DNA of 64,000 nt from Octopus bimaculoides (taxonomy: Eukaryota), in NCBI RefSeq assembly GCF_001194135.2, contig NC_068985.1:31439547-31503546 (forward strand). The letters run 5' to 3'. Shown here in pieces: positions 35,701-45,937 of this stretch. The notes beneath the pieces are model-generated. The model saw only the letters and a list, made by a program, of their open reading frames with translations, had not been told where the DNA came from and made no database searches. How positions within the stretch are numbered: position 1 is the stretch's first letter; each line of letters opens with the position of its first letter. A program made the translations under genes and the position numbers.

Positions 35701-36951
35701 AATAACAATGGTTTCAGTTTTTCTTTGAAAGCTAAGAAACCATTATTGGTGCCACTTTTACCAAGACAATCTACCACCAAATCAAATGCCTTGAAATATT
35801 TTTAGTTGCATATTTTCTGATGTACAAGTTTAAGACCTTTTGACTCTGGTTTTCATTCCTTAGTCATCAATAATATAAGTGACTGTAAGAAAAAGCATTG
35901 TGCTGATTCAGTAAAAGGTTAGATGAAATAAATTATTATTGAAGTCTTGGCATTCTCTACTTTACCATACCATCCTCCACTTCTGTTGTTACATACTTCT
36001 GCTTGAAACTTAGTTTAAAGATGACTTTTAAAAGTATTTTTGCTTTTACATGTTTATTTATATTTGTGTTTTATTTTTACATCTTTATTTGTATTTAGAT
36101 TTTTTATCTTTGCTTATATTTTACTTGTCTTCTTAATTTTTCATTTTCAAGTTATATTTTTTGTAAAATTAATCATTTTCAGAGCATGTGTTTTTTGTTG
36201 TGTGTCTCCCAATTAGCTCTGATTGGAGACCACCTCACTATCTTTTTGACTATTACTACTACAACTACTACTACTATTACACTAGTCCTATCTTATCAAA
36301 ATTAGCTAGTAACTGCTTACCACTTTCTTTCAAACTTACTGGCCACATTTGTCTCTCCTCTTCTTGGCACCCATCCTTTACCTTCTCCCACAAGTTCCAC
36401 AGTAACCACTTACTCCAATCCTTCTACCTTAGGACATCAACCAACTGGAATTCCTGACCCAGCTATGTTTTTCTAACAGATGTTAACTTGCAATTGTTCC
36501 AGCAGAATATTAACCAAATCAGTCTGTAGACTTTTAGAGCCTGTAAAGATCATGCATATAGTCCTTCCCTCCTTCTAGCTGGCACTTAAAAAAAAAAAAC
36601 AAAGAAGGTGGGCAGATAAGCAAGAAATATGTACTTTCTCATGGTAATACATCATAATGGTTGTTGCCTAGTTTGAACTTCTAATAATATGATTATTAGC
36701 CCACTACTTTTACTCCTGCATAATTTTCCGTAACCCCTTACCCGGCAAAGATGAGTTAACTTGTCTTCACCCAATTTGTCTTTTTCGGAGTGCAATGAGT
36801 AAACTCGTCTAAAACATATAATTTCAAAAGCAACCACAAACGAATTTTCACAAATTACGTTCAGATGTTGAGCTCAGAAGATGACGATGAGTATGAAACT
36901 TCTATTAGAAGCTTGAATACATCAGATGAGAGTGCAAGCTTGTCTGATTAA
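11027..36951 (+). CDS. BCL3: BCL3-like atypical (nuclear) IkappaB, 6 ankyrin repeats, ~594 aa; join(11027..11960,14435..14555,17928..18036,19703..19916,23248..23336,24407..24637,36865..36951)
   Basis: All junctions are GT-AG with matching phases (1,2,0,1,0,0) and give one open frame. Repeats begin QDEDGDLPLHIAV, NKKKLTPLHL, DGNGNSAVHLAV, NLDSHNYEGLTPLH, DYKSGRTPLFFAVEN and NFAGHTPFLVANGR, parallel to human BCL3 (DEDGDTPLHIAV, NYDGLTALH, DIKSGRSPLIHAVEN, SASGRG). Intron positions are typical of IkappaB genes. IkappaB family is secure; BCL3 orthology is inferred. Confidence 0.8.
13458..14058. mobile_element. Non-autonomous DNA transposon (Tc1/mariner-like MITE) spanning a gap
   Basis: GGATCTATTTTAAAACGGGGGCCACATTTTTCATT (13458-13492) is the inverse of AATGAAAAATGTGGCCCCCGTTTTAAAAAAGATCC (14024-14058). 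Confidence 0.7.
14435..14555 (+). CDS. BCL3-like exon 2 (GDKEK..LKQDEDGDL)
   Basis: TTTAATATAG| acceptor and TT|GTAAGT donor; start of ankyrin repeat 1. Confidence 0.9.
15141..15546 (+). mobile_element. Full-length, young tRNA-derived octopus-type SINE
   Basis: tRNA-like head with A box (TGGCTGTGTGGTAAG) and B box (GGTTCAGTCCC), internal (TA)/(TG) microsatellite, and tail GACTGAAACAAGTAAAAGAGTAAGAG. CpGs are retained. Confidence 0.9.
15646..16370 (-). mobile_element. hAT (Charlie/Buster-type) transposon 3' remnant
   Basis: ORF 16124-16402(-) reads VQEELIELQND..YPNLWKHLKLFLLAFPIAYLVESGFSHV..LLSHKR, a hAT C-terminal dimerisation region. CAGTGTCAAAC TIR-like end at 15646. Confidence 0.8.
16370..16563 (+). 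mobile_element. RTE-type SINE/LINE 3' end inserted into the hAT remnant
   Basis: GGAGTGGTTGGCGTTAGGAAGGGCATC..CCATGCTAGCATGGAAGGCGGACATTAAATGATGATG. Confidence 0.85.
17928..18036 (+). CDS. BCL3-like exon 3 (PLHIAVAHKN..VDRFNKKKL)
   Basis: CTTCTCTGTAG| acceptor and CTT|GTAAGT donor. Confidence 0.93.
19150..19487 (-). mobile_element. tRNA-derived SINE
   Basis: Minus-strand head GGTGCATGGCTTAGTGGTTAGGGTATTCAGC..GTGAGTTCAATTCCC..CCTTGAGCAAGACACTT. Confidence 0.75.
19618..19650. promoter_or_regulatory. kappaB site(s) in intron 3 of the BCL3-like gene
   Basis: Palindromic GGGATATCCC (19641-19650) fits GGGRNWYYCC exactly. GGGCACATCCC (19618-19628) is an 11-bp variant. Confidence 0.5.
19703..19916 (+). 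CDS. BCL3-like exon 4 (TPLHLCVK..NLDSHNYEG)
   Basis: TTTTTGGCAG| acceptor and GAAG|GTAAGT donor; ORF 19709. Confidence 0.95.
20640..20830 (+). mobile_element. Degenerate SINE (GTTCTGAGTTCAAAT..TTTGCCTTTCATCC family)
   Basis: Homologous to copies at 28.6, 31-32, 39 and 59.6 kb. Confidence 0.7.
21970..22397. mobile_element. Element with ~60 bp inverted repeats
   Basis: CAGTTTGATTTGGATTCCGTGCTACTTCAAGCTTCGAAGCCTCTAACAGAG is the inverse of CTCTGTTAGGGGCTTTGAAACTTGAAGTAGTACAGACTCCAAATTAAACTG. Confidence 0.6.
23248..23336 (+). CDS. BCL3-like exon 5 (GLTPLHTSV..AGADPDSK)
   Basis: TATACAG| acceptor and AAG|GTAATC donor. Confidence 0.93.
24040..24240 (-). mobile_element. SINE 3' part (same tail as the 15141 family)
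   Basis: TTTTACTTGTTTCAGTCATT..CCCAGTACTTAT..GCTAAGTTA. Similar copies at 22430-22655(+), 26355-26540(-) and 30905-31150(-). Confidence 0.75.
24407..24637 (+). CDS. BCL3-like exon 6 (DYKSGRTPLFF..DDLACNYK)
   Basis: AAAAAG| acceptor after a pyrimidine tract and CAAG|GTATGT donor; ORF 24476. Confidence 0.92.
25394..25588 (+). other. Candidate alternative exon (195 nt, phase 0-0) containing two in-frame TGA codons
   Basis: TTATTTCAG| acceptor and weaker GAAG|GTTTAC donor. Frame reads TSNVKYQLKNKLVANQSS*NHN*KFYG..SASSPFSETSTEDMQK. Confidence 0.5.
28198..28420. mobile_element. Tigger-type MITE
   Basis: TA|CAGTAATCCCTTGACTATCG ... CATAGTGAGGGATTACTG|TA: terminal inverted repeats with a TA target duplication. 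Confidence 0.85.
28560..28805 (-). mobile_element. Young SINE (GGCGGTGAGCTGGCAGAAAC head family)
   Basis: CGACCCCAGTGCGTAACTGGTACTTA..GGATGAAAGGCAAAGTCGACCTCAGCGGAATTTGAACTCAGAACGT..TTTCTGCCAGCTTGCC. Confidence 0.85.
28900..29725. mobile_element. Foldback element with ~300 bp inverted arms
   Basis: ACTGGGATTTGTTTAGATTTT..GATTGGCTGA..AGAAATTTTTGT is the inverse of ACAAAAATTTCT..TCAGCCAATC..AAAATCTAAACAAATCCCAGT. Internal ~34-bp tandem duplication at 29228-29295. Confidence 0.75.
30208..30420 (+). mobile_element. Non-autonomous Helentron/DINE-1-like (HINE) element
   Basis: ATTACCTCCATC..GGCGGAGATATT subterminal hairpin, then (GTTT)n and GATATCTCAAGAACC..ATGAAATTTTCAGG. Confidence 0.7.
30900..32210. 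mobile_element. Cluster of at least five SINE copies in mixed orientation with (AAT)n tails
   Basis: Minus copies at ~31370-31600 and 31830-32210 flank a plus copy at 31605-31730 of the same family. Confidence 0.8.
32950..33310 (-). mobile_element. CR1/L2-like LINE reverse-transcriptase C-terminal remnant
   Basis: ORF 33091-33309(-) reads EHDLDIIINNDLCWTHQIFKIIK, resembling ERDLGIII..DLSW..HI. Confidence 0.6.
34751..34787 (+). ncRNA. Decayed minimal hammerhead ribozyme (Penelope-like element terminus)
   Basis: CTTT-CTGATGA-A-GAGC(TAT)GCTT-GAAA-CA-TC-AAAAG. Restoring two CpGs gives the ..GCTC-GAAA-CG-TC consensus. Confidence 0.6.
34961..34998 (-). ncRNA. Second decayed minimal hammerhead ribozyme, opposite strand
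   Basis: Minus strand: TCTT-CTGATGA-A-GGAC(TAGT)GTCT-AAAA-CA-TC-AAGG. Same architecture with a different stem II; G12 is mutated. Confidence 0.55.
36865..36951 (+). CDS. BCL3-like terminal exon, acidic PEST-like tail MLSSEDDDEYETSIRSLNTSDESASLSD*
   Basis: TTACGTTCAG| acceptor in phase 0, matching exon 6. Acidic S/D/E tail is typical of IkappaB C-termini. AATAAA at 36968. Confidence 0.75.
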   Translation: MLSSEDDDEYETSIRSLNTSDESASLSD

Positions 36952-39900
36952 AAAAAGTTCGTCTGAAAATAAAATGTTTTCTCCAAAATATTTCTCCAGG
37001 AAGGAGTTAAGCAGTTTTGCAAAATTCTTTGAATAGTAACTTGGCTCAGGAATACTGATTTACTAGTTTCATAATAATAACAGGCTTATTGTAAACAGTG
37101 CTGCTTAGGTGTACTACAACTAATAATAGTTTATATATCAAGACATGTTTCAGTCCTCTTTATTTAGAAAATACATTTATTACAATATGGAATCGATGCT
37201 TATTATCTTTGCAGTCTCCACCCCACCTGATTCATAGTCAGCTTCAACAGCTGTGGGTCAGTGTTTGCTAGAAAAGTGTGAGTGGTTAGGGGCTTCCAGA
37301 GACTAACAGTTTCAAAGAAAGAAGGGCTGGCTGTAGTATTTTGTGTGGGATTTGAGAGATGAGACAGAGGTGATGAAGCAAGGGAGATAAATAGGCTGGG
37401 TGCTTAGAGTGGAGCGGACACAGTAATGTGTTGTGCTCTTAGTGTTTTCTTAAGTTTTGCATTAATAACTTTTATCCGTTTCTATTTGATGGTCAAGTAT
37501 TGGTGTTAGGAAGTACAATAGCCATTACCATGAAGAGTGCATTAGCAATGAACTTTAGTCATATCTCTGTGATGTCACATCAATTTGTAACTCTCCCTTT
37601 TTTTTGTCTATATTTTTCATTCAACTATTAACCTTACTTACAACTGTTCAAAGTGAACTCTATCTTGTTATTTTAGTATTTCCAGTTTAAAATGGAACGT
37701 TTCTTTCCCATCTAGGGCCAACATAAAATATTATATATATATATATGTATATTTGGGATAAGCAGTTACTTGAACTATGATAGATTTCTGGGTCATAGTC
37801 ATGGATTTCTTCATTGTTAATTTTATTGTTGCCATCATTGTCATCATTTTAATGTTTACTTTTCAAAGCTGACATGGGTTGGACAAAACTGATTGAAATA
37901 TAGAATACACTATAACAAAAAACCCATACAAGTGTGAAATATTTGTTCTTTTGTGTCTGAATTATGACATATACAAACAATGATTGAGGCATTATCAATG
38001 CCCCTTATGTTGGAAGCATACTTTATACATCTTACTCTCAAACTTGTCATACAAACTATTAAACTACTACAATCTCATTGATTTCATCCAACTGTTCATA
38101 TTTTATGAAAGCTTGAAGTTTAACAATACAACCTTTCATTTATAAAGTGACTGAAAAAAAACAAACTGATCAACCTATATTTTTTTAGACTTGTTACAAG
38201 AATTTTAATATATCTGAATTTATAGAAAATACTTTTTATCTATATTGTGTAAAACTGTACATAAATTTGAGAAATATAATGGACAAATAAAACATTATTT
38301 AGTCCTAGCCGCACACATCTCATATATCTGCTGTAGCTATCAATTCAAAGTTATGGGAGAAGACGTCCTAATTACTGCAAAATCAGAATCATGTGGTTGT
38401 GTCGGTAGTTTCTTAACCTCACATCTATTCCTGCACCCTTAACAAGTTGCTTCAGTTTATATTTTTGTAAATTGTATCTCTATCTATCTGACTTATTTAA
38501 TTAGTACAAAAACATGTACTCAATTGAAACCTATACTAGTGTGTATATTAGATGCAGTTATTACTTTTGAGGATAGGTCATCAGACAAAATGCCTTGCAG
38601 TATTTGTTTTCATGTTCTGAGTTCAAAACTTTGCATTTCATCTTTTCATAGTCAATAAAATAAAGTACTGGTCAAGGCTTCTCCCAAATTTCAGGCTTTG
38701 TGCTTGTATTAGAAGCTATTATTTTGGAGTTATTTCCCTTGGACTTTATATTTTCTTGGCTGGAAACTTTAGCGTTACTTATAATTGTATTTATACATAA
38801 GATATTTGTTGCCTCGCTGTATTATTATTATTGTGCTCTCGTTCGTTCGTTATAATCCTGAAAAGAACATTAATTGAACAACCATAGGATAGTGACTTTG
38901 ATCTAGTTGGTTGAAACCAATGTGTTGGAGTAATGCAAACAACAGCTATTTTTCATATATGGTTTCTCATTTAGATACTTGGCCAACAGTCTTGTGAAGA
39001 GGGTTGTTGATACCATCAATCCCAGTACTAGATAGGTATTTTATTTTATAATCTTGGAAGGATTTGAACTCACAATATGAAGACTCAGCAAATACCTGCA
39101 AAGCATTATTTCCACTGCTCTAATGATTCTGCTGGCTCACTGCCTTAGCATTTGTTTCAGATAGAGAATTAATTTATATGAAGTTTATAGTCTTTGGAGG
39201 AAAGAAGGAAAGGTGAATAAATCTTAACGACTTGTAAAATAACAATGAAACAAGCTGCTTTAATCCACATCCTAAACTGTGGAAAAGGGTCTCGTGGTCC
39301 TAATTTCCAGTGATTCAAAATACATATGGCTTTGATTCCTTCATAATCCACTTTATTTTGCTACTCTAGTAATACACGGTGTGCAGTTTGGTTGATACTT
39401 ATATATTTTGCATTGAAGTTATTTTGCTTTTATTCTTAAATGAATGAGTTATTCTAATCCAACAAGAGCACTATTTTTATATTCCCTCATGTACAAAACT
39501 TATCCACAAGAAATTGAAAGCAATCTAACATGTTTTATTTTAAATTTTATGTGAAATTGACCTTTTTGTCAAGAAGTTCTTATTATGGAATAGTCACTTT
39601 AAATATTTATTAACATTAACACAATGGACACAAATGAACTTTAATTAAAGGCAGTTGATTTTTAAAAGATTTACTTTTTCTGCATTTACTGTTCCATTAA
39701 ATAAATATAATTCAAATGGAAATCAATTCCAAATTATTCTAAATACTAAACAATTCCCAAATATATCAAATAAAATTTCATATATATTTGTTTTATTTCA
39801 TAATGTTCAGATTTCTTCTTTCATTTTCCCCTTTATTTGTATTGTATATTTTTCAGAATGTACACATGTAACTTTTAATAAAATGGAAATAACTGCATTT

Positions 39901-41287
39901 TGTTACATTTTCAAAAGACAACCAGTTACAGAAAAAAAAATGTAGCCCATCATAATGGTAGCAAAAAATACAGCATCTCTAAATCCTTGTGGTGAAATAT
40001 TAAGATATTAGAGAGTGTGAGTTGTGAAGAATGAAATCTGTAAGTTTTAGATGTCTCAGTGACCAATATATGAATAACCAGTATAGAGTAATATTGTATG
40101 ACACTATTGCTGAAGTGTGTGTGTGAGAGAGAGCAGTGTCTGAAGTTATAAAAGCTATCTTAACATATTTGAATATTATATTTGATAGAACAACTAATTT
40201 GCTAATTCCATTGGGACTTTGGAATAAACCACAAACATGTTTCATGGCTGGTTGTGTAAACAGGATAATACATCAATGGAATGAAGTAGTGCTTCAACGA
40301 ACTAAGAATAGACCTCTGAACATTATAGTTAGTGTTTAGGTTTGAATAACTTCTATCATGCTAGCAAAACTTTGCATTGGAATTAAGAAGGGGACCCCAC
40401 TCTACATGACATCATATTTTTAGAAAACTGAAGCAGGTAGAAATTTCATAGAACCATGACAAATCTCATGTCATGAATGGAAGAGAGTAGTTAATCTGTT
40501 TCCAGGCTAGAAGGAATAGAATGTGATATGTATCTTGTTTCAACTTTTGCATGTTTGATGCAGTTCTCTTCAAAATGTTCAGAGGCATTGATACACACAC
40601 ACACACCCATACATACTTATCTCACATATAATTATTCAAATTTCACATTTCTAATCAGCAGACTATATATGTAGGTGGCCTGTTGTTCAGAATATGTAGA
40701 GGAGTGTGAAGAAAACTTCTGAGTGGGAACAGTAGATAACTGATAAAAAAAGATAGAAAATCCTGCATTTTCTCATAATGGACAAGGTGTATGTAAAGGA
40801 GAAGTTATTTTATGCTTATGAGCTGGTTGACTTCTAGAATTGAACTGAGGATGAATGATAAATTGTAAAGCTGCAAATTGTACTAGTTTCTGTTTTGTAT
40901 TGTGCTCTCTTTCTTTCTCTCTCTCTCTCCTCACATACACACACATACATAAACACATTCATGTATGACAAATGTGAAGGTCTACTTTGCAGTGGATGTA
41001 ATAGAAATAGAATCCCACAAAATGACAAATATTAAATAAAAAGAACAACTTTAAAAGCATTATGTGACTTAAAAGTTAACAACATAGAAATTTATAAGAA
41101 TGACAAAAGTAATATGTTCATAATTCTGGACAGAGACAAATACCATGCAAAAATTAATAACTTACTTATAGACAAAAACAAATTTGCTAAAATCATGAAA
41201 GACAATATAAAATTAAGCACATTAAGTACAGCAATATCTATACAAATAGGATCCCCTTTCTACACATTAAAGGAAAAATCTCTCTCA

Positions 41288-41325
<38 letters not shown>

Positions 41326-41456
41326 GATACAGTAAGAATATTTGAAATTTTTAGGAAGTAATGCCTACATAAATTTCACCACAACATAAATCAATTGCTG
41401 ATGTACGAGTGTAATGGTTACAAAGAAAATATATATATAAATAAATAAAAAAGACC

Positions 41457-41520
41457 TGTAGTAACGGTGCGGATTGGCTGCCATTTTGGGAAATCCTGTG
41501 AGGCGCATGCGCAATGATCG
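41457..41520. promoter_or_regulatory. Dense promoter-motif module, possibly LTR-derived
   Basis: GATTGG (NF-Y), GCCATTTTG (YY1-like), GGGAAATCC (kappaB-like) and GCGCATGCGC (NRF1) within 60 bp; begins TGTAGTAAC. Confidence 0.45.
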
Positions 41521-41689
41521 TCAGCTTTTAGGCTTGACCATCATTTACCCTTTTCGGCCCCGGCTGTTGACCAGGCAGGACGCAACTGCGACCAGCTTCA
41601 CCAGAGATGAGATGTACATGCAGCCCAAATAAAATACTCTTTGTACCAATGCATACACCAACATCAATACCATCATAAACACACACACC

Positions 41690-41800
41690 AGTGACCATTT
41701 CACCTTCGTCGTTAAGACAGAACTTCAGTGAACCTTATGTTACTAGATCTGGCCGGACTGTGCACTGGCCCAAGAAACTTTCTAGAACAATATATATATG
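41690..41800 (+). mobile_element. Gypsy pol C-terminal remnant
   Basis: EPYVTRSGRTVHWPKKLSRTIYI*; TRSGR..P is the typical end of Gypsy integrases. Confidence 0.55.
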
Positions 41801-41970
41801 ACTTTTGCCGTTGGCGAATTATTATATTGTGAATTAGTGACATTTTATGTTTGTTTTCATTTTCATTTCAGACTTTTTTTTCTTTTCCATACTCTGTACA
41901 AAACGAAATTTTGTTTTTCTCATTCCTTTTCCTCATTGTGTTTTTTTTTTTTTTTTGTAAGCCGTCTCAC

Positions 41971-41989
41971 CTGGGTTAACTGCGGCCAT
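41971..41989 (-). CDS. First coding exon (MAAVNP + 1 nt) of an unidentified minus-strand gene
   Basis: CAAGATGGCCGC (YY1 motif overlapping a strong Kozak ATG), then CCAG|GTGAGA donor. CTCF-like TAGAGGGCGC at 41999-42009. The TSS is at or inside the adjacent gap. Confidence 0.65.
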
Positions 41990-42750
41990 CTTGTTAAAAG
42001 CGCCCTCTACAACCTCTTCCTTGTNNNNNNNNNNNNNNNNNNNNNNNNNNNNNNNNNNNNNNNNNNNNNNNNNNNNNNNNNNNNNNNNNNNNNNNNNNNN
42101 NNNNNNNNNNNNNNNNNNNNNNNNNNNNNNNNNNNNNNNNNNNNNNNNNNNNNNNNNNNNNNNNNNNNNNNNNNNNNNNNNNNNNNNNNNNNNNNNNNNN
42201 NNNNNNNNNNNNNNNNNNNNNNNNNNNNNNNNNNNNNNNNNNNNNNNNNNNNNNNNNNNNNNNNNNNNNNNNNNNNNNNNNNNNNNNNNNNNNNNNNNNN
42301 NNNNNNNNNNNNNNNNNNNNNNNNNNNNNNNNNNNNNNNNNNNNNNNNNNNNNNNNNNNNNNNNNNNNNNNNNNNNNNNNNNNNNNNNNNNNNNNNNNNN
42401 NNNNNNNNNNNNNNNNNNNNNNNNNNNNNNNNNNNNNNNNNNNNNNNNNNNNNNNNNNNNNNNNNNNNNNNNNNNNNNNNNNNNNNNNNNNNNNNNNNNN
42501 NNNNNNNNNNNNNNNNNNNNNNNNNNNNNNNNNNNNNNNNNNNNNNNNNNNNNNNNNNNNNNNNNNNNNNNNNNNNNNNNNNNNNNNNNNNNNNNNNNNN
42601 NNNNNNNNNNNNNNNNNNNNNNNNNNNNNNNNNNNNNNNNNNNNNNNNNNNNNNNNNNNNNNNNNNNNNNNNNNNNNNNNNNNNNNNNNNNNNNNNNNNN
42701 NNNNNNNNNNNNNNNNNNNNNNNNNNNNNNNNNNNNNNNNNNNNNNNNNN

Positions 42751-43145
42751 NATATATCATCATCATCATCATCGTCATTTAATGTCTGCTTTCCATGCTA
42801 GCATGGGTTGGACAATTTAACTGAGGACTGGCGAACCAGATGGCTGCACCAGCTCCAATCTGATTTGTCAGAGTTTCTACAGCTGGATGCCCTTCCTAAC
42901 GCCAACCACTCCGAGAGTGTAGTGGGTACTTTTATGTGCCACTGGCACGAGGGCCAGTCAGGCGGTACTGGCAACGGCCATGCTCAAGTGGTGTTTTTTA
43001 CATGCCACCTGCACAGGAGCCAGTCCAGTGGCACTGGCAATGACCTTGCTCAAATGTTTTTTCATGTGCCACCGGCATAAGTGCCAGTAAGGCAATGGTG
43101 GTAACAATCACGCTCAAATGGTGCTTTTATGTGCCACCGGCATGA
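42751..43145 (-). mobile_element. RTE-type element 3' end with ~65 bp tandem subrepeats
   Basis: (CAT)n..CCATGCTAGCATGGGTTGGAC..GATGCCCTTCCTAACGCCAACCACTCC, with repeated GCTCAAATG..GTGCCACCGGCA units. Confidence 0.85.
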
Positions 43146-43778
43146 AATAGAAGAGTAGATGAACGAGGATGAAAAGACAAAACTTCTTTTCTAAGATTTG
43201 TATTCTTCGGCAGAGGTATTAAAATCGAGTAGGGAAATCCGAGTGCGTGTGCTAGTTTATATAGGGTGGTGGTGGTGGAGGAAGTCTTGGTGAAGTAAGT
43301 GGTAATCGAAAGAGAGAGAGACAGAGTGAGGTCGAGAGAGAGAGAAGGGGTAGTGGTCAGAACACGAGGGAGAAAAATATTCTTTTGGGACTTGGGTAGC
43401 ATAATTTAATGAAACAGCAAATGTTGATATTAGTAAAATAGAATTGAAAAATCAGAGTTTTCGGTCAGCCAATCTATGACAAAATTAGAGAAATAAGTGA
43501 CTGTGTGATAAACTTTAATAAATGAATGAATAAATATGTTGCGGTTAAGGAAATTCGTGAACTAAGGTTATCTTAAGGCAACAACAAGGAAGACGAAACT
43601 AAATGTAATATATTATGATATAATATTAGCTGCTTCTTTTTTCAAGGATTGTTGTAATGATGTAAACACCTTTGATGGTGCCCCGATAAAGGTTGAAAAT
43701 CAATTAAAGCTCTTAATCCTTTTTTTCATTTCTGGACAAATAGGCAAATTTGCTAGGTTTGTATATCTGCTAAGTAGG

Positions 43779-43810
<32 letters not shown>

Positions 43811-44289
43811 NNNNNNNNNNNNNNNNNNNNNNNNNNNNNNNNNNNNNNNNNNNNNNNNNNNNNNNNNNNNNNNNNNNNNNNNNNNNNNNNNNNNNNNNNN
43901 NNNNNNNNNNNNNNNNNNNNNNNNNNNNNNNNNNNNNNNNNNNNNNNNNNNNNNNNNNNNNNNNNNNNNNNNNNNNNNNNNNNNNNNNNNNNNNNNNNNN
44001 NNNNNNNNNNNNNNNNNNNNNNNNNNNNNNNNNNNNNNNNNNNNNNNNNNNNNNNNNNNNNNNNNNNNNNNNNNNNNNNNNNNNNNNNNNNNNNNNNNNN
44101 NNNNNNNNNNNNNNNNNNNNNNNNNNNNNNNNNNNNNNNNNNNNNNNNNNNNNNNNNNNNNNNNNNNNNNNNNNNNNNNNNNNNNNNNNNNNNNNNNNNN
44201 NNNNNNNNNNNNNNNNNNNNNNNNNNNNNNNNNNNNNNNNNNNNNNNNNNNNNNNNNNNNNNNNNNNNNNNNNNNNNNNNNNNNNNNNN

Positions 44290-44340
<51 letters not shown>

Positions 44341-44633
44341 ATGTATATATCATCATCATCACCACCATTGTCGTTATTTCTTTCAAGCTTTTGCATGTCC
44401 ACTGTAATCTCAGCCATGCACCATAGCTGTCTATACACAGACATCATACAATTTGTCTTTCACTCGGAGGGAGAAGCTATTTGTTGCCAACAAAAGTAGC
44501 AACTCTGAACTTTGCCCAGCCTGTTCTTATTCTAACAACTACATTTTCAGAGCATCCTTCTCCAATGCTAACTTTGTTGCCTAGGTAATAAACATTCTCT
44601 CTCTCTCTCTCTGTACACACACAAACATATATA

Positions 44634-45490
44634 CAGGGTGTTTAGGCTAAATTTGACAGTTTGCATAAAATGAAAATAAAGCAATATCTCAACCAAAAGT
44701 AAAAGTATTTTTTTAAAAATCAAAAAATATCAATTTTATTATGGGTGGGAGATAACAGTTTACTCTAATGAGCAGCTCTCAGCTTCTACCCCAGCCTTAA
44801 GAACCTGGTGCATGTGTTCCTGGGAAGGTTTTTGAACACCTCCTTGATCTTGGCCACCTGCTTGGCTTTGGTGTTGCAGGCAGAGTAGTTGATGTCTTTT
44901 TCAACTGCACCCCCACACATAGTAAGCCATGGGATTACAACCAGATAAATTAGGAAGTCAGAAATTGGGGCTGGTGAAGTCAGAAATTCTCTGACAACTA
45001 CTTCTGATTGTTTTCGGAGGTATGACAAGGAGCCAAATCCTGCAGCCACATATATGGCTTTCCTGCAGCGGTCCTTTCCAGCCAGAAATTGACCACAGCC
45101 TCCAGTAGCTGCACATAGCCATCTGAAGGCTCTGTTTAAAGATAGGATGAATTCCAGCATGTGGATGCAATCAGATTGCCTATGTTCCTTCCGATTGACC
45201 ACGGTTTCATAAACTCCATTGCAGCCGTCCATGTCACATCTTACAGCCTTTACAGTCTTCACTGAGCATTGAGCAGCAGTCGTGATGTCAGCATTTTGAT
45301 ACCTACATAAATCATCATGACACAGATAACACTTTTCCAATATTCTGATGGCTTTAAATCTTTCATGTCAGCTAAGCTTTTCTCAACCAGAACTTTATTT
45401 ATGCTCTCCAATGCTGTTGACTGTTCACTAACACGTCAAATTGTTTCTGAAAAAAGGAGAATAAAAAATTGTCAAACTTAGCTCTCTCAC
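44634..45490 (-). mobile_element. Internally deleted Tc1/mariner-superfamily transposon
   Basis: TA|CAGGGTGTTTAGGCTAAATTTGACAG TIR with a degenerate partner at ~45468-45490. Minus-strand DLAPCHTS..CNPMAYYVWGAVEKDINYSACNTKA is the transposase C-terminal DDD region. Confidence 0.8.
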
Positions 45491-45643
45491 ATGCACGCAT
45501 GTATCTATCTATCTGTCTGTCTGTCTGTCTGTATGTATGTATGTATATATATATATCATCTTCATCATCATCATTTAATGTCCGCCTTCCATGCTAGCAT
45601 GGGTTGGACGACACACACATATATATATGTATATATATAGAGA

Positions 45644-45859
45644 GAGTAAAATCTATTTGCCAATGTAAGTTGGCAGTCCTGATTAGGACAATGTTACTAC
45701 CTTTTTTAGCCTCAGGAAAACATCTTTTCCAGCTGGCTACCAATGCACAACTGTATCCTTATACCTCGAACAAGGGAGTTAATGTTCCCACTCAGCTTTG
45801 GGGATGTAGCATTGTCCTAATCAGGACTGCCAACTTACATTGGCAGATAAATTTCACTC
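45644..45859. mobile_element. MITE with ~55 bp terminal inverted repeats
   Basis: TGCCAATGTAAGTTGGCAGTCCTGATTAGGACAATG is the inverse of CATTGTCCTAATCAGGACTGCCAACTTACATTGGCA. Confidence 0.85.
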
Positions 45860-45905
45860 AGTAGTACTGTTACTACTTATTTCTCACTCAGAGATTTAAA
45901 ACTAT

Positions 45906-45937
<32 letters not shown>

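Noticed and set aside
36952-37200. Roquin/Regnase-type stem-loop in the 3'UTR, as in mammalian NFKBIZ/NFKBID
   Set aside because: No convincing tri-loop stem seen by eye; only scattered AU-rich sequence.
42920-43145. Repeated ~65-bp units resembling a repeat-spacer array
   Set aside because: Tandem degenerate subrepeats in an RTE 3' region of a eukaryotic genome, with no unique spacers; not CRISPR.
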